Shown in pieces: positions 26,767 through 37,205 of a stretch of 64,000 bases of DNA (positions are counted from its first letter, which is position 1; every line of letters starts with the position of its first letter). Below the pieces are notes generated by a model that made no database searches, had not been told where the DNA came from, and saw only the letters and a program-made list of their open reading frames with translations. The position numbers and the translations under genes were made by a program. Source of the stretch: a virus; IMG/VR virus record IMGVR_UViG_3300042305_002533, positions 32,001 to 96,000 of that record. One strand, written 5' to 3'.

Positions 26767-29700
26767 CTAGAAGTTGTCGACTGCCTCAAGACGCACTGCG
26801 TCTGTCTTGGCAGAAGTAAGCGCGACGCCGGTATAGGACGCGGCCCGCGCCATGACCTGTTCTCTCAAACGGCCAATCGACAAAACAGAAATCTCGTACT
26901 CAAGCGCCGTGATGTTGTTGGCGGCTAGCGCCTCCATCACCCCGAGCTCTCTATAACGGTGCGGCCGAACAACGTCCGGATGGTGATCAAGCAACGCTTT
27001 GAGCTGATGCGGCGTGTGCTTGTTCAGATCGTTCATCCGATAAACGGCGCCACCCGGAGATGTCGCGGCAACAAAGTCCACAATCAACGTCCAGTTATTG
27101 GGGTTCAACGTGATCCCAATACCGGCTCCGTTGAGTAGCTCGTAACCGCTCGGCATCGTTGCGCACTGCATCACGGACAAAAACGCGTTACGCGAATTAG
27201 GCACGGGCACAATCGGCGCACGTAGCAGCTTGTCGTAAACGATGCCGCTGGTGCTGTTCGCCGCCTGCGAAAGCAGGCGATTTTTGCGAGACTCGATCAT
27301 CTCGACGACCATCGGCTCCCAGTCAAGCCCAAGCGTTTGGAGCACAGCGCCGATAGGCGCGAAGTTACGTAGAAAGCGCGTCGGCGCCTGAAAGGATGCC
27401 AGCTGCTTTTCGTTCAATATTTTGTATATCTCGTTTTGGCTGCGCCGCAGACGCGGCATCAAACGCAGCAAACCGATCGAGAGGTCGCGGCGAATTTTGG
27501 CGATCTCCCCGGGCGCGCACATCTTCGCCAAGGTAATCACAGGGTCACGCTGGCTGTCGGAACGCACAGTCTCGACGATGTAGGACCGGTTTGCGTCCTG
27601 TACGTCGCGCGGCTCCTGCACCTGCGTCATGGACACGTTCATTCGCAAGAAATACTCAAGCAGCTTGCCGTGGGGCCCGAAGCGCTTGATGACGGCGCCG
27701 CCCGCGTAAATCACTTGGCGCAACATCTCTTGAATGTCTTCGAGGGCCTTCGTCTTATGCGTGGCGACGTTGGCGTCTTGCGAAGCTTCTTCCAGCACCG
27801 CCGACAGCGATGACCGGTTGAACATCAAGTAAATCGAAGCGAGCGTATACCCGGTAAGGTACGCAGAGTGTTCAACGATCTGCAAATCCGGATACTGCCC
27901 CCTGCCGAGAAAGCCTTGTGCCGTGGACTTACCGGAGTTTGACTCGCCGATGATCCGAAGAATGAGCTTGATATCGAACGCATCGCCAGCCGAAAACACG
28001 AAGATAATCGCGGCCAGGAACATCACGTCCTGGCGCTGTGTACGAAACTTCCAGCCGGCGTCCAAGAACTCACATAGCCGAAAGAAGTGTGCGCGCAGGG
28101 TGTCAATCGTGACGTCGTTGCCCTCTAATAGGTCGTCAACGCCCTGGATATTCATTGAATAACTTGGGACGCCGGGCATGAAGATGTAGCGCCCGTCAAT
28201 CGGCCCCGGGAGCTCTTTGGCCGTGAGCCGGTCTGTACGGCTGTCGACGATCAACTTGTACCAGCGGTCGCCGTTGTGAATCCGTACGATGGCGAGCTCC
28301 GGGTCGTCCGGGTGCGTTTCAAAGTGCGTCCCAGCGCCAAGCGGAAGGCACTCGTCCTGCGTGAGCACGCCCTGGAAAATGGACTGAAACGCAATCTTCA
28401 AATAATCAGCGATAAGCTTCTGCCCGTCACGGATCACAACCGAGCCCGGCACGTGTTCTTCGCCCTCACGCCGTCCAGGCAGGCCGATATGGTCGTTGAA
28501 ATACGTGTACATCTCGCCGTAAATGTTCGACAGCGCGGCGACCATTCCTGGGCCGTCTGTTACGCACAGCGTCAGGTGACGGCGAGTTTCTTTGTGAAAT
28601 AAGTACAACATCCCTGGCCGAAGCGTTTCGTCTTTAAAGAGGACGACGAAATCGGTCTTGAATGTTTCAACGATGCGCGCGATGAAACCCGCCTCATCGT
28701 CTTTGATCTTAACGATCGCGGCACGAAGGGGCCCGGGCGGAATACCGAGCGCGCTGGCAACGCGCGTAACAAACGCTGACAAAAGGGCCGGGTGCCGGAC
28801 GCAGTACCCGAACTCCACGGCCTTGCTTTGGCGCCCGAGAATGTTGTTCTCGGGAACCGTGAGCCCCTCTTCAATGGCGCGGTCGGAGGCCCAGGCGTCT
28901 GCCGGGATAAAGCTCCGCGCTGCCTCGTCAAAGATGAGGCGCTTGAAGTGGTCCCAGCCGTGGTGCTGCACCGCGTCGTCGGGGTCTTTGACGGTGAGGA
29001 TGTTATCCCGAAGGTCTTCCCACCGAACAAAGACGCGCGGCTGTAAGTGAAGAGCCGTCGACAGCTTGATCTTGATTTGGGCCTCACCCTTCCCATACGC
29101 CGGGTCGGGGTGGTCCATCAGAAAGTCGGCCGTTTCAAATCCCGCCCGGTAGATCATGTCGGAGTCGTTGTTGGACCCCGCCGACGCAATGACCAAAACG
29201 TCCGGTATCGCAGAGTCGATCAGCTTTTCGTGAATCGCGAGCATGGACATCTCGCTCTCCACGACTACGACCCGCACTTGCTCAACGTCCATCCGCCGAA
29301 GGCCGTTGTTCTGCGGCAGAAGCAGGCCAAGGTAGCCAACGGGATCATTGTCAGTGAACCCCGGCAGCATCCAGAAGTTATTGTCAGTCCCCGGGTCGCG
29401 TGTGACCCGGCGGCATCGGATGCGGCCCGAAAGGGTCGTGGAGTAGCCTGTGTGAAATGTCACGGCGTGAAGATGCTCGGCCGGAACGGCCTTGTGCATC
29501 GCCATCAACTTGTCAAAGAGAACTACCCGCCGGTCAGAGCTGTAGGCTGACGTCAGCACCCCGGCTTGAAGCTTGATCGTCCAGATCTGATCAATGGCGC
29601 GTTTTGCAAGCTCTTGAAAGATCTTGTCGGCCGGCATCACGCCGTAAGGCGCATAAGCGGTCTTGTCCGGATTGAGGCGCCGCTGCTTGAAAAGCCAATC

Positions 29701-30246
29701 CAGCACCGGCCGCACCGTGTGAAAAAGCGCATCGGTGTAGAGAGGCAAGTCACTGGGCTCGATTGGCGCGCGGTGAAGCGAATACGTGATCAAATTGATC
29801 AGGTGCGTATTGCAGATATCTCCAAAGAGCCGCGTGGCCTGATGATGAACATCAAGCTTCTCAAGTTGCTTGGAGACCTTTTCGTTTGCTACCCGCTGTC
29901 CGGTAATCTCATGAATCTTGATAATCGATTCAGCGTAGCTCAGCCCCAACGACGTCTGGAGCATATCGAGGAGGTTTCGCGTGCGGTAGCCGCACGATTT
30001 ACACACTGCTCGATTGATATTTGTGTAGATATAAAATGACGGCCGCCGGTCCTCGTGCCCCGGCGCCAAACAATTCATCAAGAGCGTGGTTGCACCCCGC
30101 TGCTCAATCTTTTTGTTTGGATAAAGCTGCTCAAGGAGCAGCCTTAATTTTGAAACTTGAAGCCGGTCAAACAACGAGTCGCCAAACGAACTGCTGACCG
30201 TGGCTTCAGCAGCGGGCGCAGCAGCGTTGTTTTTTGTGCGAGCCAT
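26767..30246 (-). CDS. Primase-helicase-like protein (CHC2 Zn finger, TOPRIM-like, P-loop)
   Basis: CLAPGHEDRRPSF..CKSCG; VVVESE; KDPDD; GESNSGKST. Confidence 0.7.
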   Translation of the reverse strand: MARTKNNAAAPAAEATVSSSFGDSLFDRLQVSKLRLLLEQLYPNKKIEQRGATTLLMNCLAPGHEDRRPSFYIYTNINRAVCKSCGYRTRNLLDMLQTSLGLSYAESIIKIHEITGQRVANEKVSKQLEKLDVHHQATRLFGDICNTHLINLITYSLHRAPIEPSDLPLYTDALFHTVRPVLDWLFKQRRLNPDKTAYAPYGVMPADKIFQELAKRAIDQIWTIKLQAGVLTSAYSSDRRVVLFDKLMAMHKAVPAEHLHAVTFHTGYSTTLSGRIRCRRVTRDPGTDNNFWMLPGFTDNDPVGYLGLLLPQNNGLRRMDVEQVRVVVVESEMSMLAIHEKLIDSAIPDVLVIASAGSNNDSDMIYRAGFETADFLMDHPDPAYGKGEAQIKIKLSTALHLQPRVFVRWEDLRDNILTVKDPDDAVQHHGWDHFKRLIFDEAARSFIPADAWASDRAIEEGLTVPENNILGRQSKAVEFGYCVRHPALLSAFVTRVASALGIPPGPLRAAIVKIKDDEAGFIARIVETFKTDFVVLFKDETLRPGMLYLFHKETRRHLTLCVTDGPGMVAALSNIYGEMYTYFNDHIGLPGRREGEEHVPGSVVIRDGQKLIADYLKIAFQSIFQGVLTQDECLPLGAGTHFETHPDDPELAIVRIHNGDRWYKLIVDSRTDRLTAKELPGPIDGRYIFMPGVPSYSMNIQGVDDLLEGNDVTIDTLRAHFFRLCEFLDAGWKFRTQRQDVMFLAAIIFVFSAGDAFDIKLILRIIGESNSGKSTAQGFLGRGQYPDLQIVEHSAYLTGYTLASIYLMFNRSSLSAVLEEASQDANVATHKTKALEDIQEMLRQVIYAGGAVIKRFGPHGKLLEYFLRMNVSMTQVQEPRDVQDANRSYIVETVRSDSQRDPVITLAKMCAPGEIAKIRRDLSIGLLRLMPRLRRSQNEIYKILNEKQLASFQAPTRFLRNFAPIGAVLQTLGLDWEPMVVEMIESRKNRLLSQAANSTSGIVYDKLLRAPIVPVPNSRNAFLSVMQCATMPSGYELLNGAGIGITLNPNNWTLIVDFVAATSPGGAVYRMNDLNKHTPHQLKALLDHHPDVVRPHRYRELGVMEALAANNITALEYEISVLSIGRLREQVMARAASYTGVALTSAKTDAVRLEAVDNF

Positions 30247-30273
30247 GCGGGAGCCCTTTCCGCCTTGTGAGGC

Positions 30274-31113
30274 TTACAGATTAGTACCTCCGCGCTTCTT
30301 CTTCCGCTGCTCGACAACCTCTGCACCTACGCTGCAGGCATCAACGTAGCCACAGTAGTCACACTGCCACCCAGTTTCGGGCTCAGCTTTGTGCTCGTCG
30401 ATCAGTTGAAGTTTCCGCGCTGACTTGTTTAAATAAGTAGCAAGCCATGGCCGCAAGCCCACTACGGCCTCTCGGGTCCAGGCCCCGGAGTCGCCGTTCT
30501 CGCGCGGAAACCAATCTACGCTGTCCGTGCCGATATAGTTGATCCCGCACTGCACCGCGTGCACCGGGAAATTGGCCATGACCATGAGCATGTACGCGTA
30601 AAACTGCGTCGAATGCTCCTGAATCCTTTTCTTTTTCCCGCTCTTATGATCGAGCACGATCATCACGTTGTCGCGCGTGATCATGGCGTGATCAAGCACG
30701 CCGCGAAGTAAGCTCGTATTGTCGAAAAAAGAAGTGTGGGTGAAGTCAGCCTTCATCCCCAGCTGATGTTCGACAAACTCTTGCGTAACGCCGTTGGCTT
30801 CTTTAAAGCGCCGAATACGAACGCCGAAATCGGCAATCGCGGGCAGCCTAGTCAAAACCTCTCGGTGCTCGTCAGTGGTCAGTTCGTCTTTTGTGGTGGC
30901 TTCCGTCAGAAGCTTCGTAAGATCTTGCCCGTTCTGCTTGAGCTCAGCTTCAAGCAGCGCGTGCGCCACAACGCCCACTCGCGACGAAGAGCTCTTTCGC
31001 CCTTCTTTCTGCTTGCGGACGTATTTGTAATCAAACTGCACTCCGCAGAGATCGAGAAGGTTCGCCTTCGAGATAGACCACGGGCCGTGCTTGAGAACGC
31101 GCTCGTCGAACAT
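30274..31113 (-). CDS. PD-(D/E)XK nuclease, Cas4/RecB-like
   Basis: SISK..LCG, G-x-x-x-H, GVLD, DHKSGK, QFYAY, CDYC..C (four putative Fe-S cysteines). Start moved to ATG downstream of the terminator. Confidence 0.85.
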   Translation of the reverse strand: MFDERVLKHGPWSISKANLLDLCGVQFDYKYVRKQKEGRKSSSSRVGVVAHALLEAELKQNGQDLTKLLTEATTKDELTTDEHREVLTRLPAIADFGVRIRRFKEANGVTQEFVEHQLGMKADFTHTSFFDNTSLLRGVLDHAMITRDNVMIVLDHKSGKKKRIQEHSTQFYAYMLMVMANFPVHAVQCGINYIGTDSVDWFPRENGDSGAWTREAVVGLRPWLATYLNKSARKLQLIDEHKAEPETGWQCDYCGYVDACSVGAEVVEQRKKKRGGTNL

Positions 31114-31158
31114 AGTAAGCCCCTTCACGCCGTGAATTACCAGCCGCTGGAATGTATC

Positions 31159-31210
31159 AAAAAGACAAGACAAGAAAAGCCCCGAGGCCGCCGTGGCGAC
31201 CTCGGGGCTC
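31159..31210 (-). terminator. Intrinsic terminator
   Basis: GCCCCGAGG..CCTCGGGGC stem followed by TTTTCTTGTCTTGTCTTTTT on minus strand. Confidence 0.85.
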
Positions 31211-31226
31211 CTCCCTACGCTACTGA

Positions 31227-32333
31227 CTACAGGTTGTTCTTGCTGTAGTCAGGAGCCATTCCAGCAGAGCTTGCAGCGGCCAGTAGCGCGTTCATGTCGG
31301 CCGGGGCATTGAGGACGGGAAGCGCCTTGGCGCCGCGCTCGTAGATGCCCCGAAGCTCGGGGGCATAGGCCTCGTGGAGAACGAGGCGGGCGAGCGTGCG
31401 CAGAACACCGCGCTCTGCCGCCGTGGTCGGTGCGCCTTGCGGCGCGTCATCCGTCACGTGAGGCGTCGCCGTAAGGGAAAACCAGCGCCCCTTGTCGTTG
31501 CGCTCTTCCGCGACACCGAGGTCAAACCACACGTCCCAGGGCTTACCCTTCTGACGGCGGATGGGCTCGACGGCCTTCTTGAGGCTTTGACCCTTCACGG
31601 TGATGGCATAGATGCCCTTGAAACCGTGAAGCACGAAGTAGATTCGCACTTCATCGGTGCAGCTATCTGCCGCCCACTTCCCGTTGGCGTACGGGCGATG
31701 CGGGCACGCGGCGCAGTTGCCATAACGGCTACCGCGCACGCGATCGAGCGAATAGCAGATCGGCGCCTTGCTATTCGGGTTCATGTCCGGAGGGACATTT
31801 GAGCGGTCATTGGCCGCTCGAAGTTGCCGCGTTTGAAGCACCTGCAGGATCGCCGCCTTGAAGGTCTTGCCGATCTTCAAAGAGCGGGCCTGCGCCTCGT
31901 TGAACGCCGCCAGCACAAGGCCGTCGGACGTATAGACCGAGCCGACGGGGGCCGTCGCCGGACGCGCCGGGTCGTCGCCGACGCCGTGATAGAGCTTGGC
32001 GAGAGGGATCTTGAAATCCGCCCGCGCCGAGACGAAGCCCTCGCGCACCGGGTTGAGGTTATCGATCATGCCGTTGAAGGCTTCCTGGTCTTGCTCCGGA
32101 AGCGACACGATCATCGCGTCCAGCTCGCCCTCTTCAGGCGCGGACATAACCTCGAACAACTGACGGATCGGCTTCGGCAGATCAGCCTGCCAATCGGGCG
32201 CGACATTCGCCGCTTCCGGCTCGGCGTCGATGACGGCTTCGACGACCGGGTCAATTGCTACCGGTGCGGTCTCCTGGGTAGTGGTCACGGGTGCCTCTTC
32301 GAGGGTGGTGGAGATGTTGTTTTTCTTAGCCAC
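31227..32333 (-). CDS. Putative single-stranded DNA binding / recombination protein
   Basis: CYSLD..G..CAACP..C motif; position beside nuclease, primase and polymerase; biased codons. Function is inference. Confidence 0.45.
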   Translation of the reverse strand: MAKKNNISTTLEEAPVTTTQETAPVAIDPVVEAVIDAEPEAANVAPDWQADLPKPIRQLFEVMSAPEEGELDAMIVSLPEQDQEAFNGMIDNLNPVREGFVSARADFKIPLAKLYHGVGDDPARPATAPVGSVYTSDGLVLAAFNEAQARSLKIGKTFKAAILQVLQTRQLRAANDRSNVPPDMNPNSKAPICYSLDRVRGSRYGNCAACPHRPYANGKWAADSCTDEVRIYFVLHGFKGIYAITVKGQSLKKAVEPIRRQKGKPWDVWFDLGVAEERNDKGRWFSLTATPHVTDDAPQGAPTTAAERGVLRTLARLVLHEAYAPELRGIYERGAKALPVLNAPADMNALLAAASSAGMAPDYSKNNL

Positions 32334-32387
32334 GATGGCCTCCTTGCCTAACCAACGCTAGGCGGGTAGAGAATAAGCTAAGTCGCC

Positions 32388-33209
32388 GTGCCTGTAAACA
32401 AGAAAGTTAAATCTGCACCTCTGAACGCTGACGCCCTGACTTCGAAGTATTTCAACGATGTCAGTCGGCACAAACTGCCTACGTTACAGGAGGAACGCCG
32501 ACTTTTCACGGCGTACAAAGACGCGCAGACGAAGGCTGAGATCGGAAGAACCGCAAGCGAGCGCACCCAAGGGGCGCGAGACCGCGCTGAGATCGGAAAA
32601 TCGATCGCGTGTGGCTATCTCCGATTTGTCATCCTACAAGCCCGCCGCAAAACTTCAGACCCGCAACTCCTGAAAGATTTAATCTCACAGGGCAACGTTG
32701 GCCTGATGCTCGGCATAAGCAAGTTCGATCTAGCGTACGGCGTACGGTTTTTGACGTACGCCGCCAGTTGGATCGACGTGTGTATGCAAGAGTATTTGCA
32801 TAAACTGGGAACGGTACACGTCCCCAGCCACACGCGAAAAGAAATGCGTAAGCGTAGAAAGAACGCCGCAGACCTGGAGGCGCAACAATACGAAGAGCCT
32901 CAAGTGACGTCGATCGCCAACGTTACGCTTATTTCCGATATCGAAACGGATCAGGCGCCGATTGAAAACGACCTGTTTCAATACATGATGCTGGCCGACC
33001 TGACCCGCGCCGAACAGCTCGTAGTTATTTACGCCCACGGGCTTAGAGGGAACGAGCTGTGTTCAGAGGACATCGCGCAGCTATTTTTTGAGCTCGATGG
33101 CTCAGTGTTTAGCCGCAACGAAATTGAACAAGCAAAGCAAGCGGGACTAAACAAGATCAAATCCCTCATGGCCGCGAAAGGCATCACGGCCATGAGGGAC
33201 TTTTTATGA
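32388..33209 (+). CDS. Sigma70-family RNA polymerase sigma factor (RpoD/RpoS-like regions 1.2 and 2)
   Basis: YFNDVSRHKL..EE, YLRFVI, DLISQGNVGLMLGISKFD..GVRFLTYAASWI, VHVP. Confidence 0.88.
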   Translation: MPVNKKVKSAPLNADALTSKYFNDVSRHKLPTLQEERRLFTAYKDAQTKAEIGRTASERTQGARDRAEIGKSIACGYLRFVILQARRKTSDPQLLKDLISQGNVGLMLGISKFDLAYGVRFLTYAASWIDVCMQEYLHKLGTVHVPSHTRKEMRKRRKNAADLEAQQYEEPQVTSIANVTLISDIETDQAPIENDLFQYMMLADLTRAEQLVVIYAHGLRGNELCSEDIAQLFFELDGSVFSRNEIEQAKQAGLNKIKSLMAAKGITAMRDFL

Positions 33210-33213
33210 GCGA

Positions 33214-34272
33214 TCAGCCCTCGGCCTCTTCGTCAGCCACGATCGACTTCGGAAGCGCCTTGAGGCCCGACGCGAGCTTGAGGCCGTCGAGCTTGCCCCG
33301 CTCGTAAGCGAGCTTCGCCTCGTCGACCGAGTCCTTCGCGCGCATCCGAGTGATCTTGGCATCGATGCTGTTGAGCAGCGCGCGGAGCTCGGCAGCCTTG
33401 ACAACCGCGATGCTGTCGATCGCGTACTTCTCCTCAGCCTCGGCCTCAACCTCGGCCTCGGCCTCAGCCTCCTCGCCCTCACCCTTCTTCGCCTTCTTGG
33501 CAGCGGCCCGCTCCTTGGCCGCCTGCGCGGCCGCTTCGAGCTTGGCCTCCAGCCGCTTGGCCGCCTCGTCGATATCGTCGGCGGTCCAGCCCTTCTCGAT
33601 GGCCTTCACGGCGATCGCGTACTGCTGGTCCCCATCCTTGACGGCCTTGAGCGCACGGATCTTCGTGCCGGTGCCGGGCTCAAGCTGGCCCTTGCGGACC
33701 ATCTTTTGCACGCGGTCGTCGCAGTCGAAGACGGAGAGATACTGCGACACCTTCGAGTCGGCGACACCGAGCTTCTCCTTGATCTCGGTCTGCTTGAGGC
33801 CGTAGTCGTCACGGAGCATCCGCATGTAGTTCGCCTCGTCCCAGAAAGACAGGCTGCGGCGCTTGATGTTCTCGACACCGCACGCGATGATCGCCTCCAG
33901 AAGGGTCAGCGTCTTGATGTGAACCGGAATGACCCGGTTCTTGTCATTGCCCGCCGCGATCGCCGCGCGCACGCGCTGGCGGCCGGCGACGATGAGCAGC
34001 CCCGTCTTGCCCGTGTTGCGGTCACGAACGGGCGTGACGAGCGGCGGCTGCAGAATGCCGTTAACCTTGACGTCGTCCGCGAACGACGGCTCAAGCTTGA
34101 GGTTCTCCGAGTCCGCGCGCGAGTCGAAGTTCGGGAAGATCAGCGTGTTCGGATCGACGTTGTCAGCGGACTTGGTCGCCTCCAGCATCTCGAACGGGAA
34201 GGTGTCGACAGCGTCGACGGCGGGGGTTGCGGCCTTGCGGGCCTTCTTGGTGGTCGTCTCAGTGGTGGTCAT
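33214..34272 (-). CDS. ParB/Spo0J-like protein
   Basis: GILQPPLV, IVAGRQRVRA, ENIKR, HTH LKQTEIKEKLGVADSKVSQYL; Lys/Ala/Glu-rich tail. Confidence 0.85.
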   Translation of the reverse strand: MTTTETTTKKARKAATPAVDAVDTFPFEMLEATKSADNVDPNTLIFPNFDSRADSENLKLEPSFADDVKVNGILQPPLVTPVRDRNTGKTGLLIVAGRQRVRAAIAAGNDKNRVIPVHIKTLTLLEAIIACGVENIKRRSLSFWDEANYMRMLRDDYGLKQTEIKEKLGVADSKVSQYLSVFDCDDRVQKMVRKGQLEPGTGTKIRALKAVKDGDQQYAIAVKAIEKGWTADDIDEAAKRLEAKLEAAAQAAKERAAAKKAKKGEGEEAEAEAEVEAEAEEKYAIDSIAVVKAAELRALLNSIDAKITRMRAKDSVDEAKLAYERGKLDGLKLASGLKALPKSIVADEEAEG

Positions 34273-34507
34273 TGTCTTCTTCTCCTAGAGAGATGGGGTC
34301 GCCGCGCAGAATTTTTCGTAGCTGCGCCACTACGTACTCTTTGTCCAGAAGAGCAAAAGGAAAATCGAGGATGGGCCGGCCCTCGATCAGATGACGGTAC
34401 GCCTTCCAGAATTCAGCCGAGACGTGTAATTCTGAAGCCGGAGCCGCCATGTAGCAAGTAAAAAGAAACGTCACGATTCTTTTGTGGAGGACGGGGTCGG
34501 AGAGCAC
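34259..34507 (-). CDS. Hypothetical protein
   Basis: Fills the gap and overlaps the ParB start; GTG start inferred. Confidence 0.4.
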   Translation of the reverse strand: MLSDPVLHKRIVTFLFTCYMAAPASELHVSAEFWKAYRHLIEGRPILDFPFALLDKEYVVAQLRKILRGDPISLGEEDNDHH

Positions 34508-34524
34508 GTGGGCGTAGTCACGCC

Positions 34525-34743
34525 TTATCGCTCGAAGGGCGCGGTTCCGCAATTCGGACACATACGCGAGGTCTGCGATGTCTCCTGATCGTACCCGTGG
34601 ACCGGACTTCCGCATCGTGGACAATCCCTCCCCTCCCCTACAAAAAAGGCCTGCTTGCCCGGCTTTTGAGAGCCCGACGAAGGAAGCGCAGGCCCTTCTA
34701 CCACGTTCTCTTCAGAATTTGTAACGACGCCGAATTTCTGCAT
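34525..34743 (-). CDS. Small zinc-ribbon protein
   Basis: 72 aa; CPRCG..CPNCG, preceded by a KQA motif. Confidence 0.65.
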   Translation of the reverse strand: MQKFGVVTNSEENVVEGPALPSSGSQKPGKQAFFVGEGRDCPRCGSPVHGYDQETSQTSRMCPNCGTAPFER

Positions 34744-34777
34744 GTCGATGCTTTATCAGGCGCCGCTTTGAAGTCAA

Positions 34778-35257
34778 TCAAATTTCGTCCTTGAAGTCTT
34801 CGGGGTCTTTGCCGAACTCTTCGATCGACGGCGCCACTTGTACACGGGAAAAACGGTCGCGCGCCGGTTGATGCTGCACCCGCGCAGGATCTGGTATTTT
34901 GCGGATAAACTCTTGACTTTGCCCGATCATCGCCCGGATAGACTTTTCGTTTTGAAGCCGCTCGGGAAGAGTCTCTGCGGCATCAAGGACGCGGTCGGGC
35001 TCATTGCGAGCCTCACGTGGAGGCGCCGGGGGCGGGTCAAAGCGCCCGGCGCCTCTTGGCGTTTCTTCTTGCCGGGCGGGCAGCGAATTCACGGCGTGAA
35101 CTCGGATCCCGTCAACCTCTACGCTGACAGCCCCAAGCTCCTGATCGTAAAAGAGCCCGAACATCTCAGTGTCGGCCTCGGGCACGTGAAACCCCTGGCG
35201 CGTGAGATACTCGCGCACCGCAAGAAGCACGTCATCTTGCGTCAGTGTTATTTTCAT
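34778..35257 (-). CDS. Hypothetical protein
   Basis: 159 aa; GGAGG upstream; overlaps helicase stop. Confidence 0.7.
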   Translation of the reverse strand: MKITLTQDDVLLAVREYLTRQGFHVPEADTEMFGLFYDQELGAVSVEVDGIRVHAVNSLPARQEETPRGAGRFDPPPAPPREARNEPDRVLDAAETLPERLQNEKSIRAMIGQSQEFIRKIPDPARVQHQPARDRFSRVQVAPSIEEFGKDPEDFKDEI

Positions 35258-37205
35258 GGTCCTCCTTCAGTACGTTGAGATACGCGGTGTTTGCCACCGG
35301 CTTGGCTACTTCAGCACTGTACTTACAGCCTTTGCGGAAAGGCCGAATCTCGTCGCGGGCGCAGTCATTCATACGCTCACAAGACGCGCATGAAATCCGC
35401 TCCAGCATGGTGTACGCCACGTTATCCTTAAACGCGAGCGTTCTCGCCAAAAAGCCGTCCAGAGCCTGGGGGTGCGTGGACAGCAAGCGGTAAACAACCA
35501 TGTTGCGCGTCTGCCCTGGGCGGTTATTGCGCTCAAGCGACTGCTTGTAGTGCGTCAGGTTCCAGGTCAGCGCATAATAAATCATGTAATTTGCGGCCGT
35601 GAGCGTAACGCCAACGCCGGAGCTTACCTGTCCGATGTACACTCGGCAGATTGGGTCAGTTTGAAAGCGGCGGCTTAGCTCTTCAATCCGGCTGGTCGTT
35701 GATCCGTCTACGCGAACGTATTCATAACCTGCGTCTGAAACGGCCGTCTCGATGTCATTGAGCTCCTCAAGGTACGTCGCCCAGACGATGACCTTGTTCG
35801 CGTCGTCATCAGACAGCACATTGCCCAAGAGCTCTTTGAACGTCGCAAGCTTCGGGTTGGAAAGTCGTTTTATGGTCGTAGGAGGTTTTTCTTTGTAAAT
35901 GTGACACCGCTCCGTGTACGGGCGCACCCCAGTTTTAACGCAGCCCTGCACGTGCTCGCAGCCGTCACAGACGAGCGGGTCGGCGCCCTCAATGACGAAG
36001 CCTGAAACTAACTGCAAGAGCTTATTGACAAGGGCACCGCCGTGCGGGGTAGAAACCCCGCGCCCGCGTAAAGCGTTGGACTCCGCGTACGCAGCAAAAT
36101 CTTTGAGCCGCGCAATGCTGGCGTCATACTCCCGCGCTTGCGCCGAGGACAGGTCGAAGGGCACGTCAATGAACGTAACGGGCGGGAGGTCAATACACTC
36201 CTTCTTTTTCATGCGCGTCGCGATGCCTTCGACGCGCGCGTTCAGTTCATCCAGGTCGCGGTAGCCGTAGACCTGATGCTTATTGAACTTGGAATACACA
36301 AAGTGCTTTTGTTGATACGCGTACCAGGGCATGGGCATAAGCGCCGGCGAAAGAAAGCGCATCTGTGCATAGAGCTTGCCCGGATGATCAGCCGCTGTTC
36401 CCGAGAGCAAGTAGCGGCGGCACGCCTTGGCTGATAGCGTCAGCGCCGCCTGCGTTTGGGAGCTCTCATAGTTCCCGATGGAGTGAGACTCGTCAGAGAC
36501 AATCACCTGGTAGTCCAGGTCTTTCAGGCGCTTGGGGTGTTTATTTTTTGGGTCGAACTCAAGCCGCGCGCGGGCGTAGGAGAGCACAACGACGTCGGCG
36601 GTCTGGGCCGCCTCGTAGCTTTTGTCCGTACCGTCCCAGATAACTGCGCGCAAAGCGCCCTGTGTGCAGCGGCGGACTTCGTTAACCCACGTAGGCAGCA
36701 CTACCGGAGGCGCCATCACCAACATGCGCTTGAGCTCGGGATTTTCACGGCGTGAAAGCCGGAAGCCGTCGATCATCGTACGCGTTTTGCCGGTGCCCAT
36801 CTCCCAGAGAAAGAACGAACGCCACCACGCGGCGATGCGGCGGATGCCCAGTCTCTGGTGACGGTAAGGCTCAAACCCCTTGGGGAATTCAAAATCTTCG
36901 GGTAACTCGACCTCTTCGTTCTGGGCGTACGCCGACTTGGCGGCCCCCCAGACGTTGTCGGTCGCGCGCAAGTCATTTACGAAAGAAAGCGCAGAGGCCG
37001 TCCACTCGAGGTCAGGCGCTAAAACTTTCAGATCGTGCGCTACCGAAAGCCCGAAAGGATAGTATGCTGGAAAGAGCCAGTCGGCTCCTGACTGCACGGC
37101 GCCGGTTACACGCCGCCAGGGATCAGGAGACACGCTCGTCGGCGTGATGCGCCAAACGGGCGTAAGATTTAGATGAAGGCCACTAACTTTCACGCTGGGT
37201 GCCAT
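35232..37205 (-). CDS. SNF2-family helicase/ATPase
   Basis: PYRHQ, EMGTGKT, DESH, LSGT, GVGVTLT, QSLERNNRPGQ. Start uncertain (37205 or 37229). Confidence 0.9.
   Translation of the reverse strand: MAPSVKVSGLHLNLTPVWRITPTSVSPDPWRRVTGAVQSGADWLFPAYYPFGLSVAHDLKVLAPDLEWTASALSFVNDLRATDNVWGAAKSAYAQNEEVELPEDFEFPKGFEPYRHQRLGIRRIAAWWRSFFLWEMGTGKTRTMIDGFRLSRRENPELKRMLVMAPPVVLPTWVNEVRRCTQGALRAVIWDGTDKSYEAAQTADVVVLSYARARLEFDPKNKHPKRLKDLDYQVIVSDESHSIGNYESSQTQAALTLSAKACRRYLLSGTAADHPGKLYAQMRFLSPALMPMPWYAYQQKHFVYSKFNKHQVYGYRDLDELNARVEGIATRMKKKECIDLPPVTFIDVPFDLSSAQAREYDASIARLKDFAAYAESNALRGRGVSTPHGGALVNKLLQLVSGFVIEGADPLVCDGCEHVQGCVKTGVRPYTERCHIYKEKPPTTIKRLSNPKLATFKELLGNVLSDDDANKVIVWATYLEELNDIETAVSDAGYEYVRVDGSTTSRIEELSRRFQTDPICRVYIGQVSSGVGVTLTAANYMIYYALTWNLTHYKQSLERNNRPGQTRNMVVYRLLSTHPQALDGFLARTLAFKDNVAYTMLERISCASCERMNDCARDEIRPFRKGCKYSAEVAKPVANTAYLNVLKEDHENNTDAR

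Noticed and set aside
30274-31113. CRISPR-Cas system from the Cas4-like gene
   Set aside because: Stand-alone nuclease in a replication module; no cas1/cas2 or array.
34508-34624. N-terminal extension of the 121-aa ORF
   Set aside because: Overlaps the better-supported zinc-ribbon ORF; a later GTG start is more plausible.
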